Assembly: GCA_050331115.1 (NCBI GenBank)
Contig: JBHJHD010000006.1
Location: 39,522-103,521 of the forward strand
From: Elainellaceae cyanobacterium
Lineage (GTDB): Bacteria; Cyanobacteriota; Cyanobacteriia; CAKZMO01
DNA: 64,000 nt
Direction: 5' to 3'
How positions within the stretch are numbered: position 1 is the stretch's first letter; every line of letters starts with the position of its first letter. Under the pieces are notes generated by a model, which saw nothing but the letters and a program-made list of their open reading frames with translations, did no database searches and was not told where the DNA came from. Shown piece by piece: positions 48,785-59,681 of the stretch. The translations under genes were made by a program, and so were the position numbers.

Positions 48785-49104
48785 AGCGAGAAGGTGAAAA
48801 CGAGCGGTGCCAGCTGGCCCTTAGGCTGCGCCAGATTACGCCTCAGTTTACTATACGCTGGTCTATAGGCATGCTGATTTATGGGTAGCGCAAATAAACT
48901 ACTCACGTAGATTAAGCCCCTCTAAAAGGCGCGGGAATCCGGTTGCAATTTAGTGAATTTGACATAGACTTATTGAGGTGATAAATCACCGTGGTGTCGC
49001 TGGCCGTGAAAATTTCTGGGTTTAAGGGGGCTTTGTAACCCGGAGTCCTTCCGCTCAGCGGCACTTCAAAGCTTTTTTGGACAGGGGCCGTCCTGTTTAC
49101 GCGG

Positions 49105-49956
49105 ATGTCATTTTGGTTGGGCTGCGCCGTCTGGGCATATCGGGATTGGACGGGCGACCTGTTCCCAGGAAAGGCAACCCCTCGAGATTTTTTGCGGCTC
49201 TACAGCCGCCGGCTGACGGCAGTGGAGGGCAACGCCGCATTTTACGCCGTTCCCGCTGAGACGACGCTGGTGCAGTGGCGGCAGACCGCGCCCCAGGGCT
49301 TTAAGTTTTGCCCCAAGCTCTACCGCGGCGTCACCCACCAGGGACCGCTTTACCCGCAGCGCCATCTGGCCCTAGAGGTGATTGACCGGCTGCGCCTGTT
49401 AGAGGACCGCCTCGGGCCGCTAATGATTCAGCTGCCGCCTAGCTATGGTCCCAATCAACTGGAAGACCTAACCCAGTTCCTGGCGGTTTTGCCTCCCGAT
49501 GTCGCCGTCGCCGTCGAGGTCAGACACCCGGGCTGGTTTGACGCTGGCGCGGCTCAACGCCTCAACCGTCTCTTACAGCAGCGGCAGGTCGGGCGCTGTC
49601 TGCTCGATACCCGGCCAATCTATTCTGGGCCGGATGACCCGCAGCGGCAGTCGCAGCGCCGCAAGCCCCAGGTGCCGCTGCAGCCTGTGGTGACCGCGCC
49701 GTTTAGCGTCGTGCGCTACATCGGCCACCCGGAACCAGACCGCAACCAAATCTACATCGAGGATTGGGTCACTCAAATCAAGGCGTGGCTATCCCAGGGG
49801 ACAGAGATTTATCTGTTTGTCCACTGCCCCCAAGAGGTGCGATCGCCCAGTATCGTAAAAGTATTTCAACGACAGCTTGAGGCCGCCGGCGCGCCAGTGC
49901 CGGCCCTCCCCTGGCTGCAGCTGCAGGAGCCCAGCCAGCTCTCTCTTTTCTCATAG
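49105..49956 (+). CDS. DUF72 (YecE-like) protein
   Basis: GCAVWAYRDW, VEGNAAFY, FKFCPK, QLPPSY, VEVRH. Confidence 0.9.
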   Translation: MSFWLGCAVWAYRDWTGDLFPGKATPRDFLRLYSRRLTAVEGNAAFYAVPAETTLVQWRQTAPQGFKFCPKLYRGVTHQGPLYPQRHLALEVIDRLRLLEDRLGPLMIQLPPSYGPNQLEDLTQFLAVLPPDVAVAVEVRHPGWFDAGAAQRLNRLLQQRQVGRCLLDTRPIYSGPDDPQRQSQRRKPQVPLQPVVTAPFSVVRYIGHPEPDRNQIYIEDWVTQIKAWLSQGTEIYLFVHCPQEVRSPSIVKVFQRQLEAAGAPVPALPWLQLQEPSQLSLFS

Positions 49957-50255
49957 CGCCTCGACGCCAGTAATGGGTCTTGGCCTCATGGTTCTTGATC
50001 TCAAAGTAGGGCTAGTGGAGCGTCAAACCTAAATTGTCAGGAAACTCAACAAAGCTATCGCTACCGTTGGGTTGCGCGTTGCTTAACCCAACCGACAGCA
50101 ACCCTAGTTTTTAGCCTTAAATCTTTGGCCTCAATAGAGCACTAGACCCCATGAACTTTATGTAAAAGCTAGCAGCGCCCACGCTGACGCTTCGGATGAA
50201 CCAGTAAAATTTGTTTTAAGACGAATCTCCTCACCCCGTTGTTCCCTGCCACCCG

Positions 50256-51899
50256 TTGATGAACTACTCTACACTGACCTACGAAGACTCGACGCCAGCA
50301 CCCCTAAAGCCCTTGCAGCCTAAGCGAACGATCGCCGCCATCGATGTCGGCACTAACTCTGTTCACCTAGTGGTAGTTCAAATCCAGCCAGAGCTTCCCT
50401 CCTTTCACATCATCGCCAAGGACAAAGACACCGTGCGGCTCGGGGATCGCGACCCTGAGACTGGAAATTTGACCCAAGAAGCCATGGCGCGGGGCCTTGC
50501 GGCACTGCGGCGCTGCCGAGACTTGGCCACCAGCATGAACGCCGAGGAGATTATTGCCGTGGCCACCAGCGCAGTGCGGGAAGCCCCCAACGGGCAGGAC
50601 TTCATTCGCCAGGTAGAGCAGCAGATCGGGCTCTCCGTAGATCTCATTTCAGGCGAGGAAGAAGCCCGGCGCATTTACCTCGGCGTGCTGTCGGGCATGG
50701 AGTTCGACCAGCAGCCCCACGTCGTCATCGACATTGGCGGTGGCTCAACAGAGCTGGTTTTGGGGGACGGCCAAAAGCCCCGATTCCTCAGCAGCACGAA
50801 AGTCGGCGCGGTGCGGCTGACCCGCGAGTTCATTCACCACGACCCGCCGGCAGATGCCGAGACCACCTACCTACAGGCCTTCATCCACGGCAAGCTAGAG
50901 CGCTCTGTCGAAGAGCTGCAGTATCACCTCCAGCCCGGTGAAACGATTCGGCTGGTTGGCACTTCCGGAACCATTCAGGCCCTAGCCACCATCCACGCCT
51001 ACGAAGCCTTAGGTATCGTACCGTCTACCCTAAACGGCTATCAGGTCCCCTTTGCTGACCTGAAGGCAATTATCAAGCGGCTGCAGAGCTTAAAGGCGGG
51101 CGATCGCTGCGAGCTGCCGGGCCTGTCGCCGCGGCGGGCAGAAATTATTGTGGCGGGAGCGCTAGTGCTGCAAGAAGCCATGGCCCTACTCAAGGCAAAA
51201 TCGGTTGTTATCTGCGAGCGGGCGCTGCGAGAAGGGGTGGTAGTGGACTGGATGCTTAGCCACGGCCTGATCGCCGACCGGCTAGAGTACCAAAGCTCAG
51301 TGCGGCAGCGCAGCGTCTTTAACCTGGCGCGCAAGTACCAGATCAATCTAGAGCATTCGGGCCGAGTAGGGCGGTTCGCCGTCAGCCTCTTCGACCAGAC
51401 TCAGCAGCTCGGCCTGCACGAGTGGGACAACACCGACCGGGAAATGCTGTGGGCCGCGGCCGTGCTGCACAACTGCGGCCACTTCGTCAGCCATAGCGCC
51501 CACCACAAGCACTCCTACTACCTGATTCGCCACGGCGGCCTGCTAGGCTATACCGAAGTGCAAATCGAGGCGATCGCCAACATGGCCCGCTACCACCGCA
51601 AGAGCGCCCCCAAGAAAAAGCACGAAAACTACCGCAGCCTGCCCAACAAGACGTGGCGACAGCGCGTCGACCAGCTCAGTGCCCTACTGCGGCTGGCGAT
51701 CGCCTTGGACCGACGGCAGATAGGGGCCGTCCGTCAGATGCACTGCGAGATTTCGCCTGAGGACTCGGCTGTGGTCCTGCGGCTTAACCCGTCGATTCCC
51801 GGCGATCCCTGCAGCTTAGAGCTGTGGAGCCTGGGCTATAAGAAGGACTGCTTCGAGACGGAGTTTGGCCGCAGGCTGATGCCGGTTGTTGAAGCGTAG
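50256..51899 (+). CDS. ppx: Ppx/GppA exopolyphosphatase with HD domain
   Basis: IDVGTNSVHL, ATSAVREA, SGEEEAR, DIGGGSTE, ALREG, LHNCG. Confidence 0.93.
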   Translation: MMNYSTLTYEDSTPAPLKPLQPKRTIAAIDVGTNSVHLVVVQIQPELPSFHIIAKDKDTVRLGDRDPETGNLTQEAMARGLAALRRCRDLATSMNAEEIIAVATSAVREAPNGQDFIRQVEQQIGLSVDLISGEEEARRIYLGVLSGMEFDQQPHVVIDIGGGSTELVLGDGQKPRFLSSTKVGAVRLTREFIHHDPPADAETTYLQAFIHGKLERSVEELQYHLQPGETIRLVGTSGTIQALATIHAYEALGIVPSTLNGYQVPFADLKAIIKRLQSLKAGDRCELPGLSPRRAEIIVAGALVLQEAMALLKAKSVVICERALREGVVVDWMLSHGLIADRLEYQSSVRQRSVFNLARKYQINLEHSGRVGRFAVSLFDQTQQLGLHEWDNTDREMLWAAAVLHNCGHFVSHSAHHKHSYYLIRHGGLLGYTEVQIEAIANMARYHRKSAPKKKHENYRSLPNKTWRQRVDQLSALLRLAIALDRRQIGAVRQMHCEISPEDSAVVLRLNPSIPGDPCSLELWSLGYKKDCFETEFGRRLMPVVEA

Positions 51900-51924
51900 A
51901 AGACGGTAACGGCGCGCTATGCCG

Positions 51925-52806
51925 CTACTCGGGTTGGCGGACCAGCAGCACCGGACAGGGCGCATACACGCGCACGTAGTCCGACAGGGACTGGCCCAAA
52001 AGACGGTCGAGGTCGGGCAGCCCTTTGGCAATCGACGGGCGGCGTTCGGGGGACCCCATGAGCAGCAGGTCCACATCCAGGTCAGAGGCCAGCTCGCAGA
52101 TGCGGGCTCCTGGCTTACCCGCTGGCGCTTCACAGCGGTATTTAATGCCCATGTTTCGGGCGGCAGCGATCGCAGGGGCAATGACGGGATCATCCTCGGG
52201 GGCGTTAGCCGGCACATCCGGTATGGTTTTGAGATCGGGGTTGACGTGCACCAGCACCAGCTCGCCCCCATCGATCTCTCGCACGGTGGCGATCGCCAGA
52301 TCGAGCACGGCCTGGGCTGAGGATGAGCGATCGAGGGTGACCAATACGCGGCGAATCTTTTTGACGTAGACGTCATCCTTGATCAGCAGCATAGGCTGTG
52401 AGGCCAGCTGAAACACATACTGGCTGACAGAGTTCTCCAGGATAGACTGCAGGCGCTGCAGGCCCCGCGACCCCATAATAATCAGGTCGGCGTCGATTTC
52501 GTCCGCAACGCGGCACACGATATCTTTGGGGTCGCCCTCCCGCAGCATAGCGGTGGCCTGGGATGGATCTAGGCGTAGGGACTGCATGGCCCGCGCTAGC
52601 ACCTTGCCGCCCTCCTCCCACTTGGCCGTCATCCCTTCTGCCGTCACCTGAGGAGACACAACGTGTAGGACCGTCACTGCGGCCTGCTGAAAGAAGGGGC
52701 TGTCTAGCAAAAACTTCAGCATGGCCTCTGACTGACCCGTACCTGAATCAGCCAGTAGAATTCGTTTCATCTTTATCATGGCGTTTCTCCTATCGAGCTG
52801 CGTCAA
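51925..52806 (-). CDS. Tandem universal stress protein
   Basis: Two USP domains: ADLIIMGSRG and DLLLMGS...APCPVLLVR. Confidence 0.9.
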   Translation of the reverse strand: MTQLDRRNAMIKMKRILLADSGTGQSEAMLKFLLDSPFFQQAAVTVLHVVSPQVTAEGMTAKWEEGGKVLARAMQSLRLDPSQATAMLREGDPKDIVCRVADEIDADLIIMGSRGLQRLQSILENSVSQYVFQLASQPMLLIKDDVYVKKIRRVLVTLDRSSSAQAVLDLAIATVREIDGGELVLVHVNPDLKTIPDVPANAPEDDPVIAPAIAAARNMGIKYRCEAPAGKPGARICELASDLDVDLLLMGSPERRPSIAKGLPDLDRLLGQSLSDYVRVYAPCPVLLVRQPE

Positions 52807-52910
52807 GTCATCTAGAGCATTGCCTTGCTGGCGCGACGACCGACTTAACCACGACTATACGTTGGGGGGACCGCACTCTATGGACTTGCGTTACGTGATG
52901 TCACATACCG

Positions 52911-53384
52911 TTAACGAAGGAAAACAATGCTGAAGAACAGCGCCGTGATGATGCCGTAGCAGGTCGCCAGAAACGCCTCGAGGGAGATACCTCGATAGAC
53001 CGTAATCATCAGCACCAGGGTAAAGGAAAACAGCAGCTCGACCCAGGGTACGGAGAAGAGTGCTTCGGGGTCGTATAAGTTGTTGAATGCGGCAAACAAA
53101 ATCAGCGCCCACAGGGTCGAAATCACGTAGATGTTGAAGCGGGGCACCCTGACTTCGTAGGCAGCGTTAAAGGTATCGGTGAAGAAGGAGATATAGGTAA
53201 TCGCCAGCGGCGGAATCAGGCTCGCCAAAATGCTCTTGGTGCCCATAGCGAAGCTGAACGCGAAGGAGTTGAGGATCAAGTAGAGCGTGTAGCCTAGCAG
53301 CGCTGCTACGCTAAGACCAGCGACAGCGATGTTCACGCCCTTGAGCAGCGCTCCGCGGCGGTCAGATTCAGATCCATTAGCCAT
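52911..53384 (-). CDS. Hypothetical multi-pass membrane protein
   Basis: 157-aa ORF with about five hydrophobic segments and an ATG start. Confidence 0.7.
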   Translation of the reverse strand: MANGSESDRRGALLKGVNIAVAGLSVAALLGYTLYLILNSFAFSFAMGTKSILASLIPPLAITYISFFTDTFNAAYEVRVPRFNIYVISTLWALILFAAFNNLYDPEALFSVPWVELLFSFTLVLMITVYRGISLEAFLATCYGIITALFFSIVFLR

Positions 53385-53648
53385 ATCCGAAGGTCATTCC
53401 TGTTAAATGGGGCTGGTCAAACGGGGGTGCATTGTGGCTGAGCCTTGCGGGAACTGGGCCGCTGAAGCTAATCACTTTGGAAGTGCTCGACCACTATAGG
53501 AGCCAACGTGAGCTGAACTCGTCATCTAATGCAGGCATTTGAAGCGTAAACCCTAGATACACCTACCCTTCCAAGCTTATGCTAGGAGGATAAAACGTCT
53601 TAAAGTCTAAGCATGCCTCAAAAGCAGGCCCGTCACAAGAACGTTTAG

Positions 53649-54062
53649 ATGCATTTTACGGTTGCGATCGCCATGTCTAATCCGTCTCGCCAAAGTTCTG
53701 CTCGCCAAAGTTCTAGCCACTCTTCAGATTGCACCAGTCCGGCCCTACGGCGAATCGGCCTGTTTGCGTATCTTATCCCCGTCTTGGGCACGCTTCCGGC
53801 CTTGTGGACCCTAGCCCAAGGCCGAGGCGATCGCCAACAGCGCTACATCAGCCGCCTCAGCGTCACCCTAGCGTCTAGCTGGCTTCTGGGCTATACCTTA
53901 CTAGGGCTAGGCAACGCGGGAGGCCATCAGATCTGGCTCCTCTTGCTCAGCAGCTTGCTCACGTCGGGGTACTTTTTGACGAGCCTTTGGCTAATGGTGC
54001 AGCTGTGGCGACGTAAGCGGCTGTGGCTGCCGGGGCTCAGCGATCTCAGCGATCTTCCTTAG
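53649..54062 (+). CDS. Hypothetical small membrane protein
   Basis: YLIPVLG..PALWTL, three hydrophobic segments, RLWLPG tail. Confidence 0.65.
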   Translation: MHFTVAIAMSNPSRQSSARQSSSHSSDCTSPALRRIGLFAYLIPVLGTLPALWTLAQGRGDRQQRYISRLSVTLASSWLLGYTLLGLGNAGGHQIWLLLLSSLLTSGYFLTSLWLMVQLWRRKRLWLPGLSDLSDLP

Positions 54063-54301
54063 AGCAATCTTCCTTAGGTGGACGACAGCCAGTATTATGC
54101 TTGGCAAAAGCGCATCTGTTCTAGAAGCATCAACAAGTGCCCCTATGGCGTCAAAGTCAAACGACCCAAATATCGGCACAGTAATCTCAGCTAGTCTTCC
54201 TGGCCACAAGCCAGAATAATCGTAGACGGTATAAATGAACGCTGGCCCCACGGGCCTTGCCCATCGCCCTTATCCCTCCCAATCTATAGTCAAGGATCCC
54301 T

Positions 54302-55669
54302 GTGGCATCTATAACCCCACCTCGCACGTCAACCCCGCGCCCATCTTCACGGTCCTGGCGCTGGTTTTGGCTGGCGCTTGGACTATCTGGAACGGCGGCG
54401 TTTTCTGCTGCGGCTGGGGCGCTGTTGGCGGTAGGGCTGACCAGCACACCCCTCCTGCAAAGCAGCCTCAGCCCAGATGAGGAGCAAATCTTTGGCGAGG
54501 GCGATCGCATCTCTGCCACCGACTTTCGGATGCCAAGGCTCACCCGGCCCGTCAACATTCTGGTTATGGGGGTAAAGGTATTGACCTCAGACCTAGAGAA
54601 CCCATCCCGCTCTGCTGAGGACCTAGGCTATCACGCGCTGGTGAATGACCTAGACGGCCTCTCTGACACCATGCTGCTGCTAGGCTTTGACCCAGCAGAC
54701 GAGAAGCTGGCCATGCTCTCACTGCCGCGAGACACCCGCACCTGGGTCAGCGGCATGGGCTACACCAAGCTCAATGAGGCCAACCGGGAAGGTGGTCCGG
54801 CCCTAGCCGCCTCGGCGACTAGCGAGCTGCTAGGGGACGTCAGCATCGATCGCTACGTGCGCATCAACGTGCAGGGGGTCGAAAAGCTGATCGACGCCCT
54901 GGGCGGCGTCGAGGTGTATGTGCCCTACGACATGCAGTACCAGGACGACAGCCAGCACCTCTACATCAACCTCAAGGAAGGGCAGCAGCGGCTCAATGGT
55001 GACCAGGCGCTGCAGATTCTGCGCTACCGCTACGACGGCTACGGCGACATCGGACGCATCCAGCGTCAGCAAACCCTGATCCGCGCGCTGCAGGAACAGG
55101 CCCTCAGCCCCATGACCCTGACCCGGCTGCCAAAAATTCTGTCGGTGATTCGCGAGAATATTGACACTAACCTGAGCCTAGAGGAAGTGCTGGCCCTGGT
55201 GGGCTTTGCCTCCCGCATGGACCGCTCCGAGGTGCAGCAGCTATTGCTGCCGGGTGACTTTAGCGAGGCGGGCTACGAGCTCAGCTACTGGCTTCCCGAC
55301 GAGCGAGCGATCGACCGGATGATGGCCCAGCACTTTAGCCATGGGGCAACGCTGGCGGCGCTCCCTAGCCGCGGCGAGGTGCGCATCGCAATTCAGGACA
55401 GCACGGGGGATTACTACGCCATTGACGACATGATCTATCGGCTAGAGGACGCGGGCTACTGGAACATCGTAGTCGTTGAAGACTGGAGAGAGCCCCTAGC
55501 GGAAACCCGCATCATTGCCCAGCAGGGGGATACCCGACTCGCCAGCGAGCTGCAGGGGGTGCTGAGCCTAGGGGAGGTGCGTACCGAGAGCACCGGCTCC
55601 CTACAGTCTGACATCACCATTGCGATTGGGCAGGACTGGGTCGAGGCTGGATATGAGGCTGAATATTAA
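54302..55669 (+). CDS. LCP (LytR-CpsA-Psr) family protein with LytR_C domain
   Basis: NILVMG, SDTMLL, SLPRDT, GDIGRIQRQQ, SDITIAIGQD. Confidence 0.92.
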   Translation: MASITPPRTSTPRPSSRSWRWFWLALGLSGTAAFSAAAGALLAVGLTSTPLLQSSLSPDEEQIFGEGDRISATDFRMPRLTRPVNILVMGVKVLTSDLENPSRSAEDLGYHALVNDLDGLSDTMLLLGFDPADEKLAMLSLPRDTRTWVSGMGYTKLNEANREGGPALAASATSELLGDVSIDRYVRINVQGVEKLIDALGGVEVYVPYDMQYQDDSQHLYINLKEGQQRLNGDQALQILRYRYDGYGDIGRIQRQQTLIRALQEQALSPMTLTRLPKILSVIRENIDTNLSLEEVLALVGFASRMDRSEVQQLLLPGDFSEAGYELSYWLPDERAIDRMMAQHFSHGATLAALPSRGEVRIAIQDSTGDYYAIDDMIYRLEDAGYWNIVVVEDWREPLAETRIIAQQGDTRLASELQGVLSLGEVRTESTGSLQSDITIAIGQDWVEAGYEAEY

Positions 55670-58011
55670 GAAGGCGCGCCTGGGTCCTTGGCTGGGGCGT
55701 TAGCCTGGCCGCGATCGCTAACTACACCGGCCCAGTCGTCGCCCGGAATCGTGATGTCGCTGCCGTCCCGCACGGCCCGGTAGTGGGGCGAGAGGATTTC
55801 GATGTCGGCGTGGTTACACTCGTCCTGAATGTTTTCGTACAGGTGGGAGTAAAGGCGCGGTAGCCCCTTCACCTCATCAGTATAGGCATTTAGCTCGTAG
55901 CTTACGTAGTAGTCGTCCAGGCTAGTCTGCAGCACGAAGGGAAACGGGCTGGGGCGAACGTTTGGGGTCTTTTCGGCCGCCTGCAGCAGCACCTGATGGA
56001 CCTTGCGCCAGGGAACGTCGTAGCCCAGGGTAATGGTGGCGTGCACAATAAGCGGCCCGATGTGCTCATTTTCCTTTGAGGTGCTGAAGTTTGAGATTAG
56101 GCTGCTGAGCACCATGTTGTTCTGGAGCGTTACCACGACGTTTTTGGGCGTGCGAATTTTATGCACAAATAGGTTTTGATGCACTAGCTCCCCGGTCACA
56201 TCGCCAATCCTCACCCAGTCTGTTTCATTTAAGTCGGTGAGAAAAACCAAAATAAAGCCGGCAATCACGTCCCCAATAGCGGCCTGGGCACTCAGGGAAA
56301 ACGCCAGCACGGCAAAGGCCGAGACCCCAGCCAGGTAGGCCGTCCCGGCCCCCGGAAGATGGGGTGAGGCCACCACTACAGCAAAGGCCACTATCACAAG
56401 CGTGACCCCATAGAAAATCATGTTGCGGCGCGCCGACGTCCCCGGTATGCGGCGCACGATCCATTTGAGAATCGGCAGCAGCAGCAGCGTTACTGCAATA
56501 ATAGTGGCCAGCTCAAAGAAGTCATCCTGGAGATAGCTCACCAAAGCAGTCCAGCGGCTGACAAGCGCGCTGAGAACTGCATTGAGAAAGCCCTGTCGAG
56601 GAAAAACGGGCAGAAAAACGATGCTGATTATGGCCGAGACGGTGGCGGCCCAGAACATAACCTTATAACCTGCAGTTCGCCGCCGCGTCAGTTGCCAGCC
56701 GATGGCGCTGCTGACTACCGCTACTATGAGCAGCAGCGTTATCCCCAGGTGAATGCGATAGATATAGCGATAGCGCTCGACGCGCTCCTGAATTTCATCG
56801 CGGTATAGGTCGGCCAAAGATTGGGGCGTTTGAATATCGGGCAGCTGCAGATCGACGCGTGCCTGCTGGTAGTCCGTCGGCAGAATCGTCATAAAGAGAT
56901 TGCTGCCCGCCTCGATGGCAATAGACTGGGCGGTATCGTCTTCGCTCGGTTTTGCGGGCGGCACCTGTAGCGGGGCGGGGCGGCCGATGACGCGGCTAGT
57001 GCGATCGCGGATGCGGTCGGTAATAATCGCGCCTCGGTAGGCCGCGTTGTAGAAATTGTCGGACTTCTGCACCGGAAACAATCGCTCTTGACCGGGCGTC
57101 CGCTCATCGGTAAGTTCCGTTTCGCCTAAGCCATTCGAACCGAAAGCGTCCTCACTTTGACGTTCCGCCGGCTTCAGCGCCGAGCTGCGCCACCGCCAAA
57201 ACCGATATGGCCCCCAGTTGAAGGTGACCCACGACGTCTGCTCAGAGACCTCGCTGACGGCCTGCTGAATTCGGGTCAGCCGCGCCGCCGCGACCGCCGC
57301 CGCCGACCCGCCCCCGGCGAGCTGCACGTCGGTCGGCGTCACTAGCAAAATGAGGCGATCGCGTCCGCGCAGCGACGCCATGCTGGAGACGATGCCCGCT
57401 AGCCGACCGTCCGTAGCCCCCTCATCCGACGCTGAGGGCGTTAAAGCCAGCACGCCGCCCAGATCTTCGCCCTGCAGAATACCCAAAGAGTGCAAGTCGA
57501 CTCGACCCAGAATAATCGCGTCGACCTGCTTACGTACGCGCTCAACGCGCGTTTGGGGAGAGCTATTTTGAAACCAGGCCTCGATGCAGAAGAGGGTTTC
57601 GGAATAGCCCTGAATGCGGACGCTATAGCTGCTCAGGGTGCAGTTCGGCTCTGCGGCATTGAGAGCTGGGCCATCGGCGGGAGCGCCTTCGGCGGCTGCA
57701 CTATTGACCTGCCCCTGCGAATCATTGATCTCCAGATCAACGGTCTCCAGATCGGCGCTTGGGGCATCTACCCCAGTGCTAGAGCCTGCAGCACCAGACC
57801 CCGCATTACCAGGATTTGCGGTGCTCGGGTCTGTAGAGGCCTCTTCGACGAGCCCTTCACGCGCTGACTCGGCAGGAATGGTTTGAGCGATCGCCGCCCT
57901 ATTGAAAAGCGCAGGCCCCATAGCGCACAGCACCGCCGCGCTCAGCACCGCCATCGCCCACAGCAGAATAGCGCAAAGCCTGCCGCGCCCGCGCTGCGAT
58001 CGCCTGGCCAC
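55666..58011 (-). CDS. MscS mechanosensitive channel with a large N-terminal extracytoplasmic region
   Basis: GDVIAG, DWVRIGDVTG, SLDDYYVSYEL, IEILSPHY; shares TTAA stop overlap with the LCP gene. Confidence 0.88.
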   Translation of the reverse strand: MARRSQRGRGRLCAILLWAMAVLSAAVLCAMGPALFNRAAIAQTIPAESAREGLVEEASTDPSTANPGNAGSGAAGSSTGVDAPSADLETVDLEINDSQGQVNSAAAEGAPADGPALNAAEPNCTLSSYSVRIQGYSETLFCIEAWFQNSSPQTRVERVRKQVDAIILGRVDLHSLGILQGEDLGGVLALTPSASDEGATDGRLAGIVSSMASLRGRDRLILLVTPTDVQLAGGGSAAAVAAARLTRIQQAVSEVSEQTSWVTFNWGPYRFWRWRSSALKPAERQSEDAFGSNGLGETELTDERTPGQERLFPVQKSDNFYNAAYRGAIITDRIRDRTSRVIGRPAPLQVPPAKPSEDDTAQSIAIEAGSNLFMTILPTDYQQARVDLQLPDIQTPQSLADLYRDEIQERVERYRYIYRIHLGITLLLIVAVVSSAIGWQLTRRRTAGYKVMFWAATVSAIISIVFLPVFPRQGFLNAVLSALVSRWTALVSYLQDDFFELATIIAVTLLLLPILKWIVRRIPGTSARRNMIFYGVTLVIVAFAVVVASPHLPGAGTAYLAGVSAFAVLAFSLSAQAAIGDVIAGFILVFLTDLNETDWVRIGDVTGELVHQNLFVHKIRTPKNVVVTLQNNMVLSSLISNFSTSKENEHIGPLIVHATITLGYDVPWRKVHQVLLQAAEKTPNVRPSPFPFVLQTSLDDYYVSYELNAYTDEVKGLPRLYSHLYENIQDECNHADIEILSPHYRAVRDGSDITIPGDDWAGVVSDRGQANAPAKDPGAPS

Positions 58012-58017
58012 GGCGAT

Positions 58018-59004
58018 CTACTGCTGACCGTAGAGGAGCTGTTGACTCGTCGCCATCGCCTGCACCACCATCGCCGGGTCCACCCAGCCCCCTTGATACT
58101 TGAGGCCCCAGTGCAGATGGGGACCCGTGGTGCGCCCCGTCATCCCCACCCGACCAATGCGATCGCCCGCTGACACCGTCTGCCCTTCGCCCAAAAGCAG
58201 CCCGGCTTCCCGGTCGACAAGGTAAAGCCGACCGTCTATCGTCTGGGCTTGGCCGCGCATGTGGCAATAGATGTGGGTCCAATCTCCCGACTCAATAACG
58301 ACCGAGGTGCCGCAGTTGCTGTCATCGCTCACCTCGACCACCGTACCAGACCACCAGCTGCGGATGTAGCTGCCCGCGGGGGAGGCAATGTCTAGCCCAT
58401 AGTGAAATTCTTGGCCGTAGCCCCCGGTGGCCGAGGCGCGGTAGCCGAAAGGTGAGGTGTAGGCCTGGAAGTTTTCCACCGGGAAAGAGGCTCCAGACCA
58501 GACCATGGCGGCAAGCCGAACCGGGTCGGTCTCCGCCATCGGTTCTTCGGCAGCTTTACCGGCAGCGGCATCAATGGCAAGCTGTTTACGTTCCACCGGG
58601 GCAGCGCTATCGGACTGGCCGGCGCTAGAAACCGCTGCACTGTCGCCGACACTGGCGCCCTTTGCATCAGCGCTAGGCTGCTCTGAGTCGGCGCTGTCTG
58701 GCTCTTCTGTACCAACGCCTTCTATGCCAGCACCCTCTACATCAGCACCTTCTATACCAGCGCTCTCTACACCAGCCTTGTCCGCCTCGGCACTATCAGA
58801 AGTTGCCAGATTGAGGAGCAGCTGATGTGACGGCCCGGGGCGATCCGCCTGAGGCGAGCTTTTCTGCCGCTCAATGAAGTCGTGGCGCATGTCGGCAGCG
58901 GCAATACTGGGGAGACTTAGCCCCAGCAGCAGCAGCGCCCAGGCGGTGCGAGAGAGACGCTGGCGATCGAGGGAGGCACGGAGAGCAGCGAGAAGATGGG
59001 CCAT
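58018..59004 (-). CDS. M23 family metallopeptidase
   Basis: HYGLDIA, HIYCH, TTGPHLHW; low-complexity linker. Confidence 0.92.
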   Translation of the reverse strand: MAHLLAALRASLDRQRLSRTAWALLLLGLSLPSIAAADMRHDFIERQKSSPQADRPGPSHQLLLNLATSDSAEADKAGVESAGIEGADVEGAGIEGVGTEEPDSADSEQPSADAKGASVGDSAAVSSAGQSDSAAPVERKQLAIDAAAGKAAEEPMAETDPVRLAAMVWSGASFPVENFQAYTSPFGYRASATGGYGQEFHYGLDIASPAGSYIRSWWSGTVVEVSDDSNCGTSVVIESGDWTHIYCHMRGQAQTIDGRLYLVDREAGLLLGEGQTVSAGDRIGRVGMTGRTTGPHLHWGLKYQGGWVDPAMVVQAMATSQQLLYGQQ

Positions 59005-59137
59005 GGGGGTAGGGCTACGTCGAAAGGAGGACCTATTGCTGGGCGAATTCTAGCTAAGTTCGGTTACGAAAATCTAGGGGGATAGCAGAAGATCTACGGA
59101 TATCTTTAGGCGTTCTTTATGAAAGTACCCCAACAAT

Positions 59138-59635
59138 TTACAAAGCAGCCTCGTATTCCTGACGCAGCATTGACATAATTACGAGGGATCCATAGCCTTC
59201 TTCTGCTTTAAAGCACTCTCTGAGAGTGCCCTCCTCTACAAACCCTGCCGCCCTGTAGATGGCGCGAGCGCGCTCGTTAAAGGGCTTCACGTCGAGCCAG
59301 AGCCGGTGGGCCCGGTGGGTCTCAAAGGCAATCTGCTTGACCTGGGCGATCGCCCCCTTCCCAAATCCCTTACCCTTGTCGGTGATTACGATGCGGCGCA
59401 GATGAATACTGTGGTTGGGGTCACAGAGCCCTACCATAATTAGGTAGCCCACCGGGGCGGGACGCACTGAGCGCGGCTCTACGATCAGGTGGGCAATGTT
59501 AGGATCGCTGAGGGCTTGACGGTGCTCCTGGCGCGACCAGAACATGATGTAAGGGCGGTTTTCCTCACTCGTTTCGGCCTCTAGGACGTAGTCTAGGTCG
59601 GCGTCTTTGGTGCTGCGTAAGCGTAGGCCGGACAT
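59138..59635 (-). CDS. GNAT N-acetyltransferase
   Basis: KGKGFGK motif A; LWLDV...NERARAIYRAAGFVEEG. Confidence 0.88.
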   Translation of the reverse strand: MSGLRLRSTKDADLDYVLEAETSEENRPYIMFWSRQEHRQALSDPNIAHLIVEPRSVRPAPVGYLIMVGLCDPNHSIHLRRIVITDKGKGFGKGAIAQVKQIAFETHRAHRLWLDVKPFNERARAIYRAAGFVEEGTLRECFKAEEGYGSLVIMSMLRQEYEAAL

Positions 59636-59681
59636 ATAAAGTTACCTCGGCTGAAACAACGCGCCTCGCGGTCAGTGGCGG

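Noticed and set aside
48959-49080. Possible sRNA (TTGACA, GGTGATAAATCACC palindrome, downstream T tract)
   Set aside because: No properly spaced -10 box and no strong terminator stem; it may just be the promoter/UTR of the DUF72 gene.
50082-50123. Possible Pho box upstream of ppx (CTTAACCC, CTTAAATC)
   Set aside because: The half-sites are 34 bp apart without the intervening 11-bp-period repeats.
58700-58790. 15-bp coding repeats in the M23 linker; also LETG repeats at 19973-20016 and ETAP repeats in the S41 N-terminus
   Set aside because: Ordinary low-complexity linker slippage with no sign of a phase-variation mechanism.
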